Below are positions 1 through 9,162 of a stretch of DNA of 64,000 nucleotides, piece by piece. Each line of letters begins with the position of its first letter. The stretch's first letter is position 1. The translations under genes were made by a program, and so were the position numbers. Below the pieces are notes generated by a model. It saw only the letters and a program-made list of their open reading frames with translations, was not told the DNA's origin and made no database searches. The DNA lies in contig DASWBA010000186.1 in NCBI GenBank assembly GCA_036390825.1, positions 5,597 to 69,596 of the forward strand. Reading direction: 5' to 3'. Source of the DNA: Candidatus Dormiibacterota bacterium. Its GTDB lineage: Bacteria > Chloroflexota > Dormibacteria > CF-121.

Positions 1-1080
1 TCCGAGCTGGTGCGCTTCGAGCGCGGGACGCTCGCCCTGGTGGATCATCTCCAGGAAGAGCTCAAAGTCGAAGCGGCACGCAACAGCCCGATCGCGATCA
101 GCGAGATGTCGCGCTTCAAGGTGGGCGAAGGCATCGCCGGCTGGGCGTTGTCGCATCGCGAACCGGTGCTGGTGCGCGACAGCCGGTCCGATTCGCGCTT
201 CAAAGCCTCCGACCCGAAGCACCAGCCGCGATCCTTCATTGCGGTTCCGTTGCTGGCCGACAAAGAGGGTCTGGGGGTGTTGACGCTGGCGCGGGCTGCG
301 AGTGATCCGTTCACGGAACACGACCTGCGCAACCTGGCGCGCGTCGCGACCGACGCCGCCAATGCCTTGATCAACGCGCGACTGGTCGATCTCCTCAAGC
401 AGCGGGAAGACCGGCTCACGACCCTGGTTCGGAAGGCCCGTGAGCTCTCGGTCGCCAATGACAGTAAGGAACTCGTTGAGTTCGTGCTCTCCAGTGCCAA
501 GGAGCTGATCGGCGGCAAGGCCGCGTTGCTGGCGTTGCGCAATTCGAAGACACTGGAGCTGGAAGTTTCGGGCTCGCAGGGCGTGGCCGACGTCATCATC
601 AGCCAGCGGATCGCCTGGGGTGCACCGGCGGCCGGTGACGTAATGCGAACCGGCAAGCCCTGGGTGTCACCGATGCGGGAGATGCTGCCACCGAACCTGG
701 TGGAAACTGTCGAGAAGGCGGGTCTCTCGATGATCGCTTCGGTGCTCTGCGGCTCGCTACGTGAGCCGGATGCGACCGATGATGGTGCACTGCTGAGCCG
801 CTCCGAGGTCGAAGTCTCCGACGAGGTGAGCGGCGTGCTGAACGTCTATCGCGACAACCTCGATCCGGTCCCCGCCGGTGACCTGGAGCAGCTGAAAGCC
901 TTTGCCGAGCAGGCCGCGGTCGCGATCCAGAACGTCCGGCGCTGGGACCGCGTCAAGGAACAGCTGCAGGCGACGGCATCGATGAACACCCGGTTGATGG
1001 GGCGCGAGCGCTACATCAACCAGCTACTGTTCCGCATCCAGCAACTCGAACAAGAGCTCAGCCGCTACAAAGCCGCCTGA
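1..1080 (+). CDS. GAF-domain protein with C-terminal coiled coil; 5' end cut by the window edge
   Basis: The frame is open from nt 1 (SEL precedes the listed GTG at 10). GAF-like block GEGIAGWALSHREPVLVRDSRSDSRF, a second GAF-like block (VSGVLNVYRD), and a heptad-like tail QLLFRIQQLEQELSRYK. Confidence 0.7.
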   Translation, partial: SELVRFERGTLALVDHLQEELKVEAARNSPIAISEMSRFKVGEGIAGWALSHREPVLVRDSRSDSRFKASDPKHQPRSFIAVPLLADKEGLGVLTLARAASDPFTEHDLRNLARVATDAANALINARLVDLLKQREDRLTTLVRKARELSVANDSKELVEFVLSSAKELIGGKAALLALRNSKTLELEVSGSQGVADVIISQRIAWGAPAAGDVMRTGKPWVSPMREMLPPNLVETVEKAGLSMIASVLCGSLREPDATDDGALLSRSEVEVSDEVSGVLNVYRDNLDPVPAGDLEQLKAFAEQAAVAIQNVRRWDRVKEQLQATASMNTRLMGRERYINQLLFRIQQLEQELSRYKAA

Positions 1081-1090
1081 AAGCGCTCGG

Positions 1091-1130
1091 GTCACCCTTC
1101 CCCCTGTGGGGGAGGGCAGGGCGGGGGCCT
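1091..1130. repeat. GC-rich palindromic repeat, copy A (cacccttccccctgtgggggagggcagggcgggggcc)
   Basis: Imperfect hairpin cccttccccc/gggggaggg followed by a gggcggggg box. Lies between two convergent stop codons (1080 and 1140). Same architecture as the copies at 4805, 10815 and 12580. Confidence 0.6.
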
Positions 1131-1139
1131 TCTTTGCCG

Positions 1140-1502
1140 CTAGCCGCTAATGCGGCGCCGGCGTTTGCCGGCGAGGTTGAGCCGGCCAAGAATGAAGGCG
1201 TCGAGCACGCGATGCGAGGCGACGACGCCGTCGGCCACGCGGCGAGAGCCTTTGCGCCGATCGGCTTTGAGGTCGATCAGATATTTCTCCTGTTGCGCCC
1301 AGACCAGCTCGATCAGCTTGCTGAAGTTGGTGTCGTCCTCGACCGTGATCCCTTCTTTCTCGATGCGCTCTTTGACGGCCACCGGAAGCGCCTTGGCCTC
1401 AGCGAGGTTCAGCCGCTCCAGCGCCTCCAAGAGGTCGTCGAGCCGTCGGAGGTGGTAGCGGCGCTCCGCTTCATTGCCGTATGCCCGAGGTGATGCGTCC
1501 AA
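1140..1502 (-). CDS. hypothetical protein (charged, helical)
   Basis: 120-codon ORF with hand-counted GC3 of about 80%, as expected for a real gene here. TTG start per the ORF track. No family recognised. Confidence 0.55.
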   Translation of the reverse strand: MDASPRAYGNEAERRYHLRRLDDLLEALERLNLAEAKALPVAVKERIEKEGITVEDDTNFSKLIELVWAQQEKYLIDLKADRRKGSRRVADGVVASHRVLDAFILGRLNLAGKRRRRISG

Positions 1503-1523
1503 GCGGTCCTCCTCGATGGTGGT

Positions 1524-2375
1524 CTATACCCTTATAACTCCGGAGCCCGCGATAACTTCGAGTCCGCGCTGCTCCAGGGCCGCGATCACCCGGTTCATCC
1601 CGATCGAGTCGCTTGGCATGTGGCCGGTGATCACCAGGTTTGCCTTGGGCAGCTGCAGCTGCGCGAGTTCACGCAGGTCCCGGTCATCGATGTGCATCGC
1701 CAGGATGGTATTGATGCCGTGTTCATAATACGTGCGATAGATGGCGGCGCCGCCATTGGTGCCGGCGGCCATCTGGACGAGCCAGCGCCCGACCGGGCTG
1801 TCGCTACTGCCGAGCCAGAGCTCCGGCTGGACCAGTGAGGCCTCCATCTCCGGGATCGTCTTGAGCTCCTCGACCAGGCTGCCAACGGTCGTTTGCTTCC
1901 CGTTGACGGCCCGTCCGACGAACTCGATGAAGAACTGGCGTCCGACGAGATCCGCCGCCAGGTGAATGTTCATCAACGGCATCTGGAGCTGTTTGGCGGC
2001 ATCGACGACACGGTCGTAATTACTCGTGTGTAGCGCGTGCGCCACCGGCTCGCGTCGGGCGAGCATCATCTTGTGGGCGATGTCCGCAGGAATGCCCTCC
2101 GCCTGCATCTGTGCCTCGTGCCGTTCGATCACGGCGGGGATGTCGAGGCGGGCCTGCGAACCGATCGGGTGGTGCGCGATGACGCCGTCCGCGCCGAGGG
2201 TTTTCGCCAGGAGCAGTTCGGCGACGTCGATGTCGATCCCCACGTAGACACGGCGCACCTCGCCGTTCAGGTACACCTGGGAGTCGGGCGGGGTATCGGC
2301 ACAGCCGGCGAGGCGGTTGGCCAGCGCCATGATCTCGGACAGCCGCACTCGGGCATTATCGCGATTGGCGGCCAT
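1524..2375 (-). CDS. NIF3 family protein (GTP cyclohydrolase 1 type 2 homologue)
   Basis: GADGVIAHHPIG and C-terminal ITGHMPSDSIG metal-site-like motifs. GGAGG lies 6 nt before the ATG. Typical 283-aa length. Confidence 0.75.
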   Translation of the reverse strand: MAANRDNARVRLSEIMALANRLAGCADTPPDSQVYLNGEVRRVYVGIDIDVAELLLAKTLGADGVIAHHPIGSQARLDIPAVIERHEAQMQAEGIPADIAHKMMLARREPVAHALHTSNYDRVVDAAKQLQMPLMNIHLAADLVGRQFFIEFVGRAVNGKQTTVGSLVEELKTIPEMEASLVQPELWLGSSDSPVGRWLVQMAAGTNGGAAIYRTYYEHGINTILAMHIDDRDLRELAQLQLPKANLVITGHMPSDSIGMNRVIAALEQRGLEVIAGSGVIRV

Positions 2376-2788
2376 TGGGGCCTCCGCCGCCGATCCGAAT
2401 TAGAATCCGTCCGTGCCGGCGAATGCGGGGGTCGATCGCCGCGGTGGCGGAGAAGGCGGTTTTGCCCCAACCTTCAAGGAGGCGGTCGGTCGATGGCGGC
2501 GCCGTCATCGTCATCCGCCGGCGAATGAGACCTGGTTTGCCGTGCACTACCGGGTCGGCTGGCTGGTTGAGCGACTCTCCCTTCTCGAGAGTATTCACCT
2601 GCTGCGCCAGGGCCTCGACGTGCGCTCCTTGTCGGCCGAACGGCCGGCTCGGCGCAAGAAGAGTGATCCGGAGACGGGCGAGATCCATCATGACGACGAC
2701 GAGGGCCTGGACGTCGAAGACGAACCCAGCCAGGTGGTGACTTCCAACGAGACCGGCAGACCAACCGGCGATGGCGGATAATCCGCCC

Positions 2789-2929
2789 ATGCGGCGCTTT
2801 CGGCCGCGCTGGCTCGCGGCGCTCCTCGGGGGCATTGTCCTGCCGTTCGACCCGGTGCTCGGCATGGTGATGTTGATGGTTGGGTTGTGGCGGCCCAAGC
2901 GCGACCCTGCCACCAAAGTGCTGCCGTGA
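2789..2929 (+). CDS. small hydrophobic protein (46 aa), not in the ORF track
   Basis: ATG at 2789. Peptide MRRFRPRWLAALLGGIVLPFDPVLGMVMLMVGLWRPKRDPATKVLP. Hand-counted GC3 is about 89%. Its TGA overlaps the GTG of the next gene (GTGA at 2926-2929). Confidence 0.4.
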   Translation: MRRFRPRWLAALLGGIVLPFDPVLGMVMLMVGLWRPKRDPATKVLP

Positions 2930-3375
2930 AGGTCTACCTCGGCCGGGCGGTGAGCGGCGAACTGGGTCCGCGCAGCCTCGAGGCTATCCAGCTCGCCCAC
3001 CGGGCGCTGAAGGAATACGGGGCCGGCATCCTCGCCGAGCGGGTGGCGGATCCGGATTACCGGCCCGGCTTCGACCGGCCTGAACTGATCGCCGAGATGA
3101 TGCACCGCGAGTTGCTGGAAGCGGACGCCGGCTGCATGGAGATGACCGGCCGCAGCACCGGGGTCGGGTTCGAGGCCGGCTGGCTGCTCGGCCGGGGACG
3201 TCCGGTGCTGGCGCTCTACGACGCCGATCTCCCGCCCTCCTCGGCCGTGGTTCGTTTTCCGCCATTTGATCACTGCGTCCCCTTCGGCTATCACGACCTG
3301 ATGGAAGTCGGTGGCGCGGTCACGGATTTCTGCCGCACGATCGCCGCGCACGCCGCCTACCGCGCCGAAGGCTAG
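2926..3375 (+). CDS. nucleoside 2-deoxyribosyltransferase-like protein
   Basis: Begins VKVYLGR (the KIYLAG-like start of the family). The MTGRSTGVGFEAGWLLGRGRPVLALYD block resembles the DxGTxxExGxA..kPv core. GTG at 2926 is preferred over the listed ATG at 2887 because of GTGA coupling. Confidence 0.5.
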   Translation: MKVYLGRAVSGELGPRSLEAIQLAHRALKEYGAGILAERVADPDYRPGFDRPELIAEMMHRELLEADAGCMEMTGRSTGVGFEAGWLLGRGRPVLALYDADLPPSSAVVRFPPFDHCVPFGYHDLMEVGGAVTDFCRTIAAHAAYRAEG

Positions 3376-3412
3376 CCGCCTCTTCCACCGACCCGACTTC
3401 TAGACTGCTGGC

Positions 3413-3919
3413 ATGAGCTTTCGTGCCTGCGTTCTCACGGTCAGCACCAAGGGCGCGCGCGGTGAACGCATGGATGAGAGTGGAGAAAAGATCAGTGAGG
3501 CGCTGGCGCGCATCGCTGCGGACGTAGTCGGGCGGGCCATCGTCAGCGATGAGCTGCCCGACATCCAGCGCCAGATCGGTGAGTGGCTACGTGTCACCGA
3601 TCCCGACCTCATCGTGCTTACGGGGGGTACGGGCCTGGGTCCTCGCGACGTCACGCCGCAGGCAGTGGAACCATTGCTCGACTACCCGGTGCCTGGCATC
3701 GCCGAAGCCATGCGAGCCGCGGGACTGCGCAAGACGCCGCACGCGATGCTGTCGCGCTCGTTGGCCGGCGTCATCGGGCGGACCTTGGTGCTTGCCCTTC
3801 CGGGCAGCCCTCGCGGGGTGGTCGATAGCCTCGAAGCGGTCATGGAAGCGTTGCCGCACGGCCTGCGCACGCTGCGCGGCGAGGTCAGCGACGCTCCGGC
3901 CGCGCACCGTCCCAGCTGA
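3413..3919 (+). CDS. mogA: molybdopterin adenylyltransferase / MoaB-MogA family
   Basis: LTVSTKGARGERMDESG, LIVLTGGTGLGPRDVTPQA and LALPGSPRG motifs. 168 aa. Confidence 0.85.
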   Translation: MSFRACVLTVSTKGARGERMDESGEKISEALARIAADVVGRAIVSDELPDIQRQIGEWLRVTDPDLIVLTGGTGLGPRDVTPQAVEPLLDYPVPGIAEAMRAAGLRKTPHAMLSRSLAGVIGRTLVLALPGSPRGVVDSLEAVMEALPHGLRTLRGEVSDAPAAHRPS

Positions 3920-4800
3920 TGGGGCGCATCAAGGTTGGCATTTCCTCGTGGACGGAGCCCACGCTCATCAAGAGCGGTTGGTATCCGCCTGATGCGACGA
4001 CGGCGGAGGAACGGCTCCGCTACTATGCCGCGAAGTTCCCGTTGGTAGAGGTCGACAGCACCTTCTATGCCATCCCCAATGCGAAGACCGCCGAGCTCTG
4101 GGTCGCGCGCACGCCGAAGGACTTCGCCTTTAACGCCAAAGCCTACGCCCTGCTGACCCAGCATCCGACCCCGGTCGCGCGCTTGCCGAAAGACCTGCGC
4201 GAAAAGGTGTCCGATTCGAAGACCAATCTCTATTTCAAAGACCTGGGTCCAAAGGAGAAGGAAAGCGTCTGGGATCGCTTCCGCGAGGGGCTGCAGCCGC
4301 TGCAGGATGCGGGCAAGCTGGGGGCGATTGTTTTCCAATTCCCCAAGTGGTTTCTTCCATCGCCGTCGGCCTATCGGTTCATGGAAGACCTGCGGGAGTG
4401 GTTGCCGGACTTCGGGATCGCGGTCGAGTTTCGCCAGGCGCTCTGGATGAAGGAGTCCCGGCGTGAGCGCGTCCTCGAGTTTCTGAAGGACCACCGCTAC
4501 ACCTATGTGGTGGTCGACGAGCCGCAGGGCTTTGCCTCCAGCGTCCCGCCGGTGGTTGCCACCACCGCGCCGCTCGGCATGGTGCGCTTTCATGGCCACA
4601 ACGCGGAGAACTGGGAAAAGAAGGGCATCAGCACCGCGGAGAAGTTTCGCTATCTCTATCAGCCGAGTGAGATGAAGGCGTGGGCGCCGAAGCTTCAGGA
4701 GATGGCGAAGGGCGCCACCGAGGTGCACGCGATCTTCAACAATTGCTACTCGGATTACGCCGTCCGCAACGCCGAAGAGCTGGGCAGCCTCCTCCACTAG
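3919..4800 (+). CDS. DUF72 (YecE-like) family protein
   Basis: IKVGISSWTEPTLIKSGWYP and YAAKFPLVEVDSTFYAIP are the hallmark DUF72 N-terminus. TGATG overlap with mogA. Confidence 0.85.
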   Translation: MGRIKVGISSWTEPTLIKSGWYPPDATTAEERLRYYAAKFPLVEVDSTFYAIPNAKTAELWVARTPKDFAFNAKAYALLTQHPTPVARLPKDLREKVSDSKTNLYFKDLGPKEKESVWDRFREGLQPLQDAGKLGAIVFQFPKWFLPSPSAYRFMEDLREWLPDFGIAVEFRQALWMKESRRERVLEFLKDHRYTYVVVDEPQGFASSVPPVVATTAPLGMVRFHGHNAENWEKKGISTAEKFRYLYQPSEMKAWAPKLQEMAKGATEVHAIFNNCYSDYAVRNAEELGSLLH

Positions 4801-4804
4801 GCCC

Positions 4805-4840
4805 GTTCCCTCCCCCTGTGGGGAGGGCATGGTGGGGGCC
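4805..4840. repeat. GC-rich palindromic repeat, copy B (gttccctccccctgtggggagggcatggtgggggcc)
   Basis: Perfect 8-bp stem ccctcccc/ggggaggg with loop ctgt, followed by a ggtggggg box. Located just 3' of the DUF72 stop codon. Confidence 0.65.
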
Positions 4841-4900
4841 TCTTCTCGCCGAAAGGTTCCCAGCGCCCGCCAGTTGCATGGGTAGCGCGGCGGCGCCACC

Positions 4901-6160
4901 ATGCAGGCTTACCAATCGGCTCCGTGTCCGTACTGCGGCATCACCTGGAACCAGCCGGGCGCCCAGACCTGCGCCAATTGCCGCAACCAGCTGCCCCCGC
5001 CGCCGCCGAGCTACGCTCCGCCCGGCTACGCTCAAGGCCAGCAAGGCCAGCCCTACGGGCAGCCGAATTACCCTCAGCAGGGTTATCCGCAGCAACCGCA
5101 ATACCCTGGTCAGCCGGGCGGCTACCCTGGCCAGCCTGGCCAGCCAGGCCCGTTCCCCGGGTACGCCCCACCGGGGTACGATCAGACCCCCGGGTATCCC
5201 CAGCAAGCTGGTTACGGCCAGCAATACCCCGGCTACGGGCCTGGCCAGGGATCGCCGGGCGCCCCCGGCACGACGCTTCGCCTCTTCGGCCAGACCTTCA
5301 CCCTGCCGTTCGCCCTGCCACCGCAACTGCTGCGGTACCAGCGTCAGGTCGTCATCGTCGCCGGGGGTGCCGTGGCGCTGCTGGTGCTCCTCTTCGGCAT
5401 CATGCCGGCGATTGCCACCGGCCAGATTTCGGCCGGCGACAAGTCGCTCACAACGGCGGCCTCGCACCAGGCGAAGGTGGACGCCGTCTTCGCGCAGCTC
5501 ATCGCCTCGTCGAACAGTTCGAGCGATCCAGCCGCGCTCAAGACACAGTTCGCAAAGCTGGCCGTCTCGTTTAACGACGGGCTGACCCTGGTGCAATCCG
5601 ACGAGGCAGCGCTCAACGGGATCGACCGGAGCTTGTCGCTGATCAAATGGGGCGCACCCACCAAGAGCGCGCAAATCAGCAACGAACGGCAGCGCCTCGC
5701 CGCGGCGCTCGCCGGGCTCGCGCAGGCCGACAAAGGGATGACGGCCGCGGTCAACGAGGCCAAGGTGATCCAGCCGTATCTCGATGCGCTCATCGACTAC
5801 GCGAAGATGAGCGCGGCGCTGTCAAAGCATGACCTGGTGGGGGCGGGGGCGCCTTATCCGGATGCCCAGCAGAAAATCGAGCTCGCCATGTCACTCTCCG
5901 GCGCGCCCGGGCTGGCGCCGCAAATCGCAAAACAGGTGAGCAGCTTCAACGATGTCCTGAGCAATACGGAGAGCCTGATCCAGTCGATCCAGGCCAGGGA
6001 TGCGGCGGGTATCAAGAAGTACACCGATGCCACCAACGCGGCCTTGAAGGCGATGTCGAGTCCCGAGGAGACCCTGCCTGCGGACTACGAAACCAAGACC
6101 TTCGGTCCGATGCAGAAGACCTACGACGCGGCGATGAAGGCGATCAAGACCGGGCGCTAG
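4901..6160 (+). CDS. zinc-ribbon / low-complexity (P,Q,G,Y-rich) single-pass membrane protein
   Basis: N-terminal CPYCG...CANC zinc ribbon. About 90 aa of PGY/QQG low complexity. One TM helix ([23 protein letters not shown]). About 250-aa helical C-terminal domain. Confidence 0.6.
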   Translation: MQAYQSAPCPYCGITWNQPGAQTCANCRNQLPPPPPSYAPPGYAQGQQGQPYGQPNYPQQGYPQQPQYPGQPGGYPGQPGQPGPFPGYAPPGYDQTPGYPQQAGYGQQYPGYGPGQGSPGAPGTTLRLFGQTFTLPFALPPQLLRYQRQVVIVAGGAVALLVLLFGIMPAIATGQISAGDKSLTTAASHQAKVDAVFAQLIASSNSSSDPAALKTQFAKLAVSFNDGLTLVQSDEAALNGIDRSLSLIKWGAPTKSAQISNERQRLAAALAGLAQADKGMTAAVNEAKVIQPYLDALIDYAKMSAALSKHDLVGAGAPYPDAQQKIELAMSLSGAPGLAPQIAKQVSSFNDVLSNTESLIQSIQARDAAGIKKYTDATNAALKAMSSPEETLPADYETKTFGPMQKTYDAAMKAIKTGR

Positions 6161-6657
6161 TCCGGGCGACGCAGGTCGCCGCTCTTCCCCCCGCGTTTCG
6201 CTACCAGCTCGATCTCCCCGATCGTCATCCAGCGATCGACGCTTTTCGCCATGTCGACGATGGTCAGGGCCGCCACCGTCACCGCCGTGAGTGCCTCCAT
6301 CTCGGCACCCGTTCGCGCCTCGCAGCGAACCACCGACTCGATGCGAATGCCGGGCAGAGCCTTGTCCGGCCGGCAGGTGACGTCGACCATGGTCAACCCC
6401 AGCGGATGGCACATGGGGATCAGCTCGCTGGTGCGCTTCGCCGCCTGGATGCCGGCGATACGCGCGGTGCCGATTACCTCACCCTTCGGCAGGTTGCCGC
6501 GCACGATCGCGTCGAGCGCCGCCAGGCTCATCGTCACCGACCCGCGCGCCCGCGCCTCACGGCTCGTCACCGGTTTGGCTGAAATGTCGACCATGCGGGC
6601 TTCGCCACTGGGTCCGACGTGGGTCAGCCTGGCAGTCCCGGGCTTGGCGGCTTTCAT
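6157..6657 (-). CDS. moaC: cyclic pyranopterin monophosphate synthase
   Basis: [34 protein letters not shown] and VEALTAV-like blocks. 166 aa. Confidence 0.9.
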   Translation of the reverse strand: MKAAKPGTARLTHVGPSGEARMVDISAKPVTSREARARGSVTMSLAALDAIVRGNLPKGEVIGTARIAGIQAAKRTSELIPMCHPLGLTMVDVTCRPDKALPGIRIESVVRCEARTGAEMEALTAVTVAALTIVDMAKSVDRWMTIGEIELVAKRGGKSGDLRRPD

Positions 6658-7874
6658 CCGTCGTCGTCCCCGCGCAGCGCATCGAGGTCATCACGCCTGA
6701 CATCCTTCTGATGTGATGGCGCGGCGGTGCCGCGGCTGATGACGTGATCGCCAAAACGCCCGCGAAGTTCGTCGAGTTGCGCATCGAGCATGGCCAGTCG
6801 TGGCGACCGGTCCTCCAGCAGGCTCAGCTGTGTCGCGCAGGCTTCGAGGTTGCTGACGCCGGCGCCGATCAGCCGCACCGGGCGGCCGGGGGCGACCTGA
6901 GTCTCGAGCAGGTGACGCAATGCCCCGGCCAGCTGGTCATCCCGGTCGGTCGGGTAAGGGAGGGTTGCTTGCCGCGACTGGGTGTCGAACGGCTGGTAGC
7001 GAATCTTGAGCACGACCGTGCGCGCCGACAAACGGTGTGCCCGAAGACTGTGCGAGACGTCCTGCAAGAGACCGAGCGCGGTTTCCCGCACTTTGCCGGC
7101 GTCGCTCACGTCGCGGTCGAACGTCACCTCGCGCGAGATGCTCTTTGGGTCGCCGGGTGGCATGACAGGACTCGGGTCGACGCCGCGGGCGTGGCTGCCG
7201 AGGGCGCGGCCGTACTGGCCAAAAAGCTCGCCCAGCAGCGGGTCGGGCAGGGCCGCGAGATCGCCGATGGTGCGAACCCCGACCCGCTCGAGTTTGACCG
7301 CGGTGGCCGGCCCGCACCCTGGCAGGCGGGAAAGCGGGAGCGGAGCGAGGAACGAGGCCTCCTCGCCGGGACGTACCACGACCAGGCCGCGCGGCTTGCG
7401 CAGCTCCGAGGCAACCTTGGCGACCAGCTTGCAGCTGGCGACGCCGATGCTGAGGTCGAGCCCGCAGCGGGTCTTGACCTCGTCGCGGAGCCGGGTGGCG
7501 ACTGCGGTGGGCGGCCCCATCAGCGCCTCCTCGCCGGTCAGGTCCAGGTAGGCCTCATCGAGCGCGATCGGCTCGATCGTCGGGGAGTAGCGGTCGAGGA
7601 TGGTAAAGACCGACCTGGAGGCTTCGCGGTAGGCGCGGAAGTCACAGGGAACGAAGATGCCGTTGGGGCAAAGGCGCCGGGCGCGGCTGAGCGGCATCGC
7701 CGAGCGCACCCCGAAGGGACGGGCTTCGTAGGAGGCCGCCGCCACCACACCCCGCTCGCCCGGTGTCCCGGCCCCGCCCACGATGACCGGCTTACCGCGC
7801 AGCTCCGGGCGACGCAACTGCTCGACCGAGGCATAGAACGCATCGAGGTCGACATGCATGACCACCCGCTGCAC
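6654..7874 (-). CDS. dinB: DNA polymerase IV (Y-family)
   Basis: MHVDLDAFYASVEQ, KPVIVGG, SIGVASCKLVAKVASE. 4-nt overlap with moaC. Confidence 0.9.
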   Translation of the reverse strand: MQRVVMHVDLDAFYASVEQLRRPELRGKPVIVGGAGTPGERGVVAAASYEARPFGVRSAMPLSRARRLCPNGIFVPCDFRAYREASRSVFTILDRYSPTIEPIALDEAYLDLTGEEALMGPPTAVATRLRDEVKTRCGLDLSIGVASCKLVAKVASELRKPRGLVVVRPGEEASFLAPLPLSRLPGCGPATAVKLERVGVRTIGDLAALPDPLLGELFGQYGRALGSHARGVDPSPVMPPGDPKSISREVTFDRDVSDAGKVRETALGLLQDVSHSLRAHRLSARTVVLKIRYQPFDTQSRQATLPYPTDRDDQLAGALRHLLETQVAPGRPVRLIGAGVSNLEACATQLSLLEDRSPRLAMLDAQLDELRGRFGDHVISRGTAAPSHQKDVRRDDLDALRGDDDG

Positions 7875-8082
7875 GCGACTATCTTGCCAGCATGTAACAG
7901 CTCGGTGACAAGCGGGTATATGGCGTGTCGCGCCGGGATAGCGTTGCTATGATCCCCGAGCTGGCTAGGCCCGCCGGCGTACTTGATTCCCGTCCCCCTC
8001 TTCTGATCCATCGCCAACCCCTCCTTCCGGCGGGCCGCGCTTTTCCCAGCAAGGATGGGTTGGACGCATCGTTGCGTGCTCG

Positions 8083-8835
8083 ATGGCCCGGCTCATTACG
8101 ATTGGAGTCGCCATCGTTTCCTGCCTCCTGGTCTGGAAGAGTGGCGCCATCAACTCCGTGCTTCCGGGACAGGAGTCAGCCCCCCCGCCCCTCGATGCCG
8201 GCCCCGTCATCAGCAAAAGCGGTGACGCCATGCAGAGCCTGAAGAGCGTCCACCTGACGCTGGCCGGCAACCTGGTCCTCAACGGGCTGGCCGGGGTCAA
8301 GATCACCGGCTCGGGTGACCTGATCTATCCCCACAAGGAGAACCTCAGTCTCCAGATGGAGGTCCCATCCAGTAGCGGCTATGTGATCGTCGCCGTCAAT
8401 GAGCGCATCGAAAACGGCCACGAATACATCCAGATCCCCTCGCAGAGTCCGGCCTGGAAGGACGTTACCGGCAACTCGACGGGCCAGATCGCACCCGGCA
8501 TGGACCCGATTGCGAACCTGGAGTTCGCCCACGCTTTCCGTGCCTCCGATGACCTGGGCGACATCACCATGGACAACATCGACGTGCATCATTTCTCCCT
8601 GACCGTCGACCCCGGCAAGTACGTCGAGCAGCTCAACGCGGATCCATCGAGCGGCGTGACGGCAGCCGACGAAGCCGCTCTCACCAACGCCGGCATCCAG
8701 GTGGAAGTCTGGATCTCCGCCAGCGACAGCTACATGCACCAGATGAAGATCGATATGAGCACGACGCAGTTCACCTGGTCGGTCACCTACCACTTCTCGA
8801 GCTTCGTGGCGGGCGGCGGCACGACCTCGGCTTAG
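8083..8835 (+). CDS. LppX/LprAFG-like (LolA-fold) secreted protein or lipoprotein
   Basis: Short signal peptide with a possible lipobox IVSC. DAMQSLKSVHLTLAGN...GSGDL... layout parallels the LprG-like protein at 32046. Confidence 0.45.
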   Translation: MARLITIGVAIVSCLLVWKSGAINSVLPGQESAPPPLDAGPVISKSGDAMQSLKSVHLTLAGNLVLNGLAGVKITGSGDLIYPHKENLSLQMEVPSSSGYVIVAVNERIENGHEYIQIPSQSPAWKDVTGNSTGQIAPGMDPIANLEFAHAFRASDDLGDITMDNIDVHHFSLTVDPGKYVEQLNADPSSGVTAADEAALTNAGIQVEVWISASDSYMHQMKIDMSTTQFTWSVTYHFSSFVAGGGTTSA

Positions 8836-9128
8836 ACCGAGACCTTCTCCCGGGCCCGTTCCGGCTCTTTCGAGGATGGCGTCGGCGGGTTTTTCGTGTA
8901 TTCGCGCAGGTCGTCCTCGGTCAGGTGTCCGGCTGCGATCAGCAGCTCGACGTAGGTGACGCCGAGGTGCGGGGCCGCCCGGCGAAGCACCCAGGGGGGC
9001 GGGTTTTCCTTGTTCTTATTGACGGCCTGGTAGAAGTAAATCTGGTTCAGGTCGCAGCGTACCGCGAGCCGGTGCAGGGAAATGTTCTGCTCACGACACT
9101 TACGCTTCAGATACTCGCGGAAGTCCAC
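8832..9128 (-). CDS. helix-turn-helix (XRE-like) DNA-binding protein
   Basis: REYLKRKCREQNISLHRLAVRCDLNQIYFYQAV fits an HTH_3-type helix-turn-helix. 98 aa. Confidence 0.55.
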   Translation of the reverse strand: MDFREYLKRKCREQNISLHRLAVRCDLNQIYFYQAVNKNKENPPPWVLRRAAPHLGVTYVELLIAAGHLTEDDLREYTKNPPTPSSKEPERAREKVSV

Positions 9129-9162
9129 CGCCCCACCTACCTCCAGAACCCCATCCGCGACG

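Noticed and set aside
2356-3351. 331-aa minus-strand ORF
   Set aside because: Its N-terminal two thirds run antisense through the deoxyribosyltransferase-like gene and the small + strand ORF. It is Arg/Gly/Pro-rich with no motifs, as expected for a high-GC shadow ORF. Only its last roughly 140 codons remain an open question (see the finding at 2376-2929).
3682-4902. 406-aa minus-strand ORF
   Set aside because: Antisense to the clearly recognisable DUF72 gene and to the mogA 3' end. Arg/Leu/Gly-rich with no motifs.
6744-7952. 402-aa plus-strand ORF
   Set aside because: Antisense shadow of dinB, which has unambiguous Y-family polymerase motifs.
7875-8082. Search for an SOS (LexA) box upstream of dinB
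   Set aside because: No GAAC-N4-GTTC or CTGT-N8-ACAG type palindrome is present. Only weak promoter-like hexamers are visible, so nothing can be supported.
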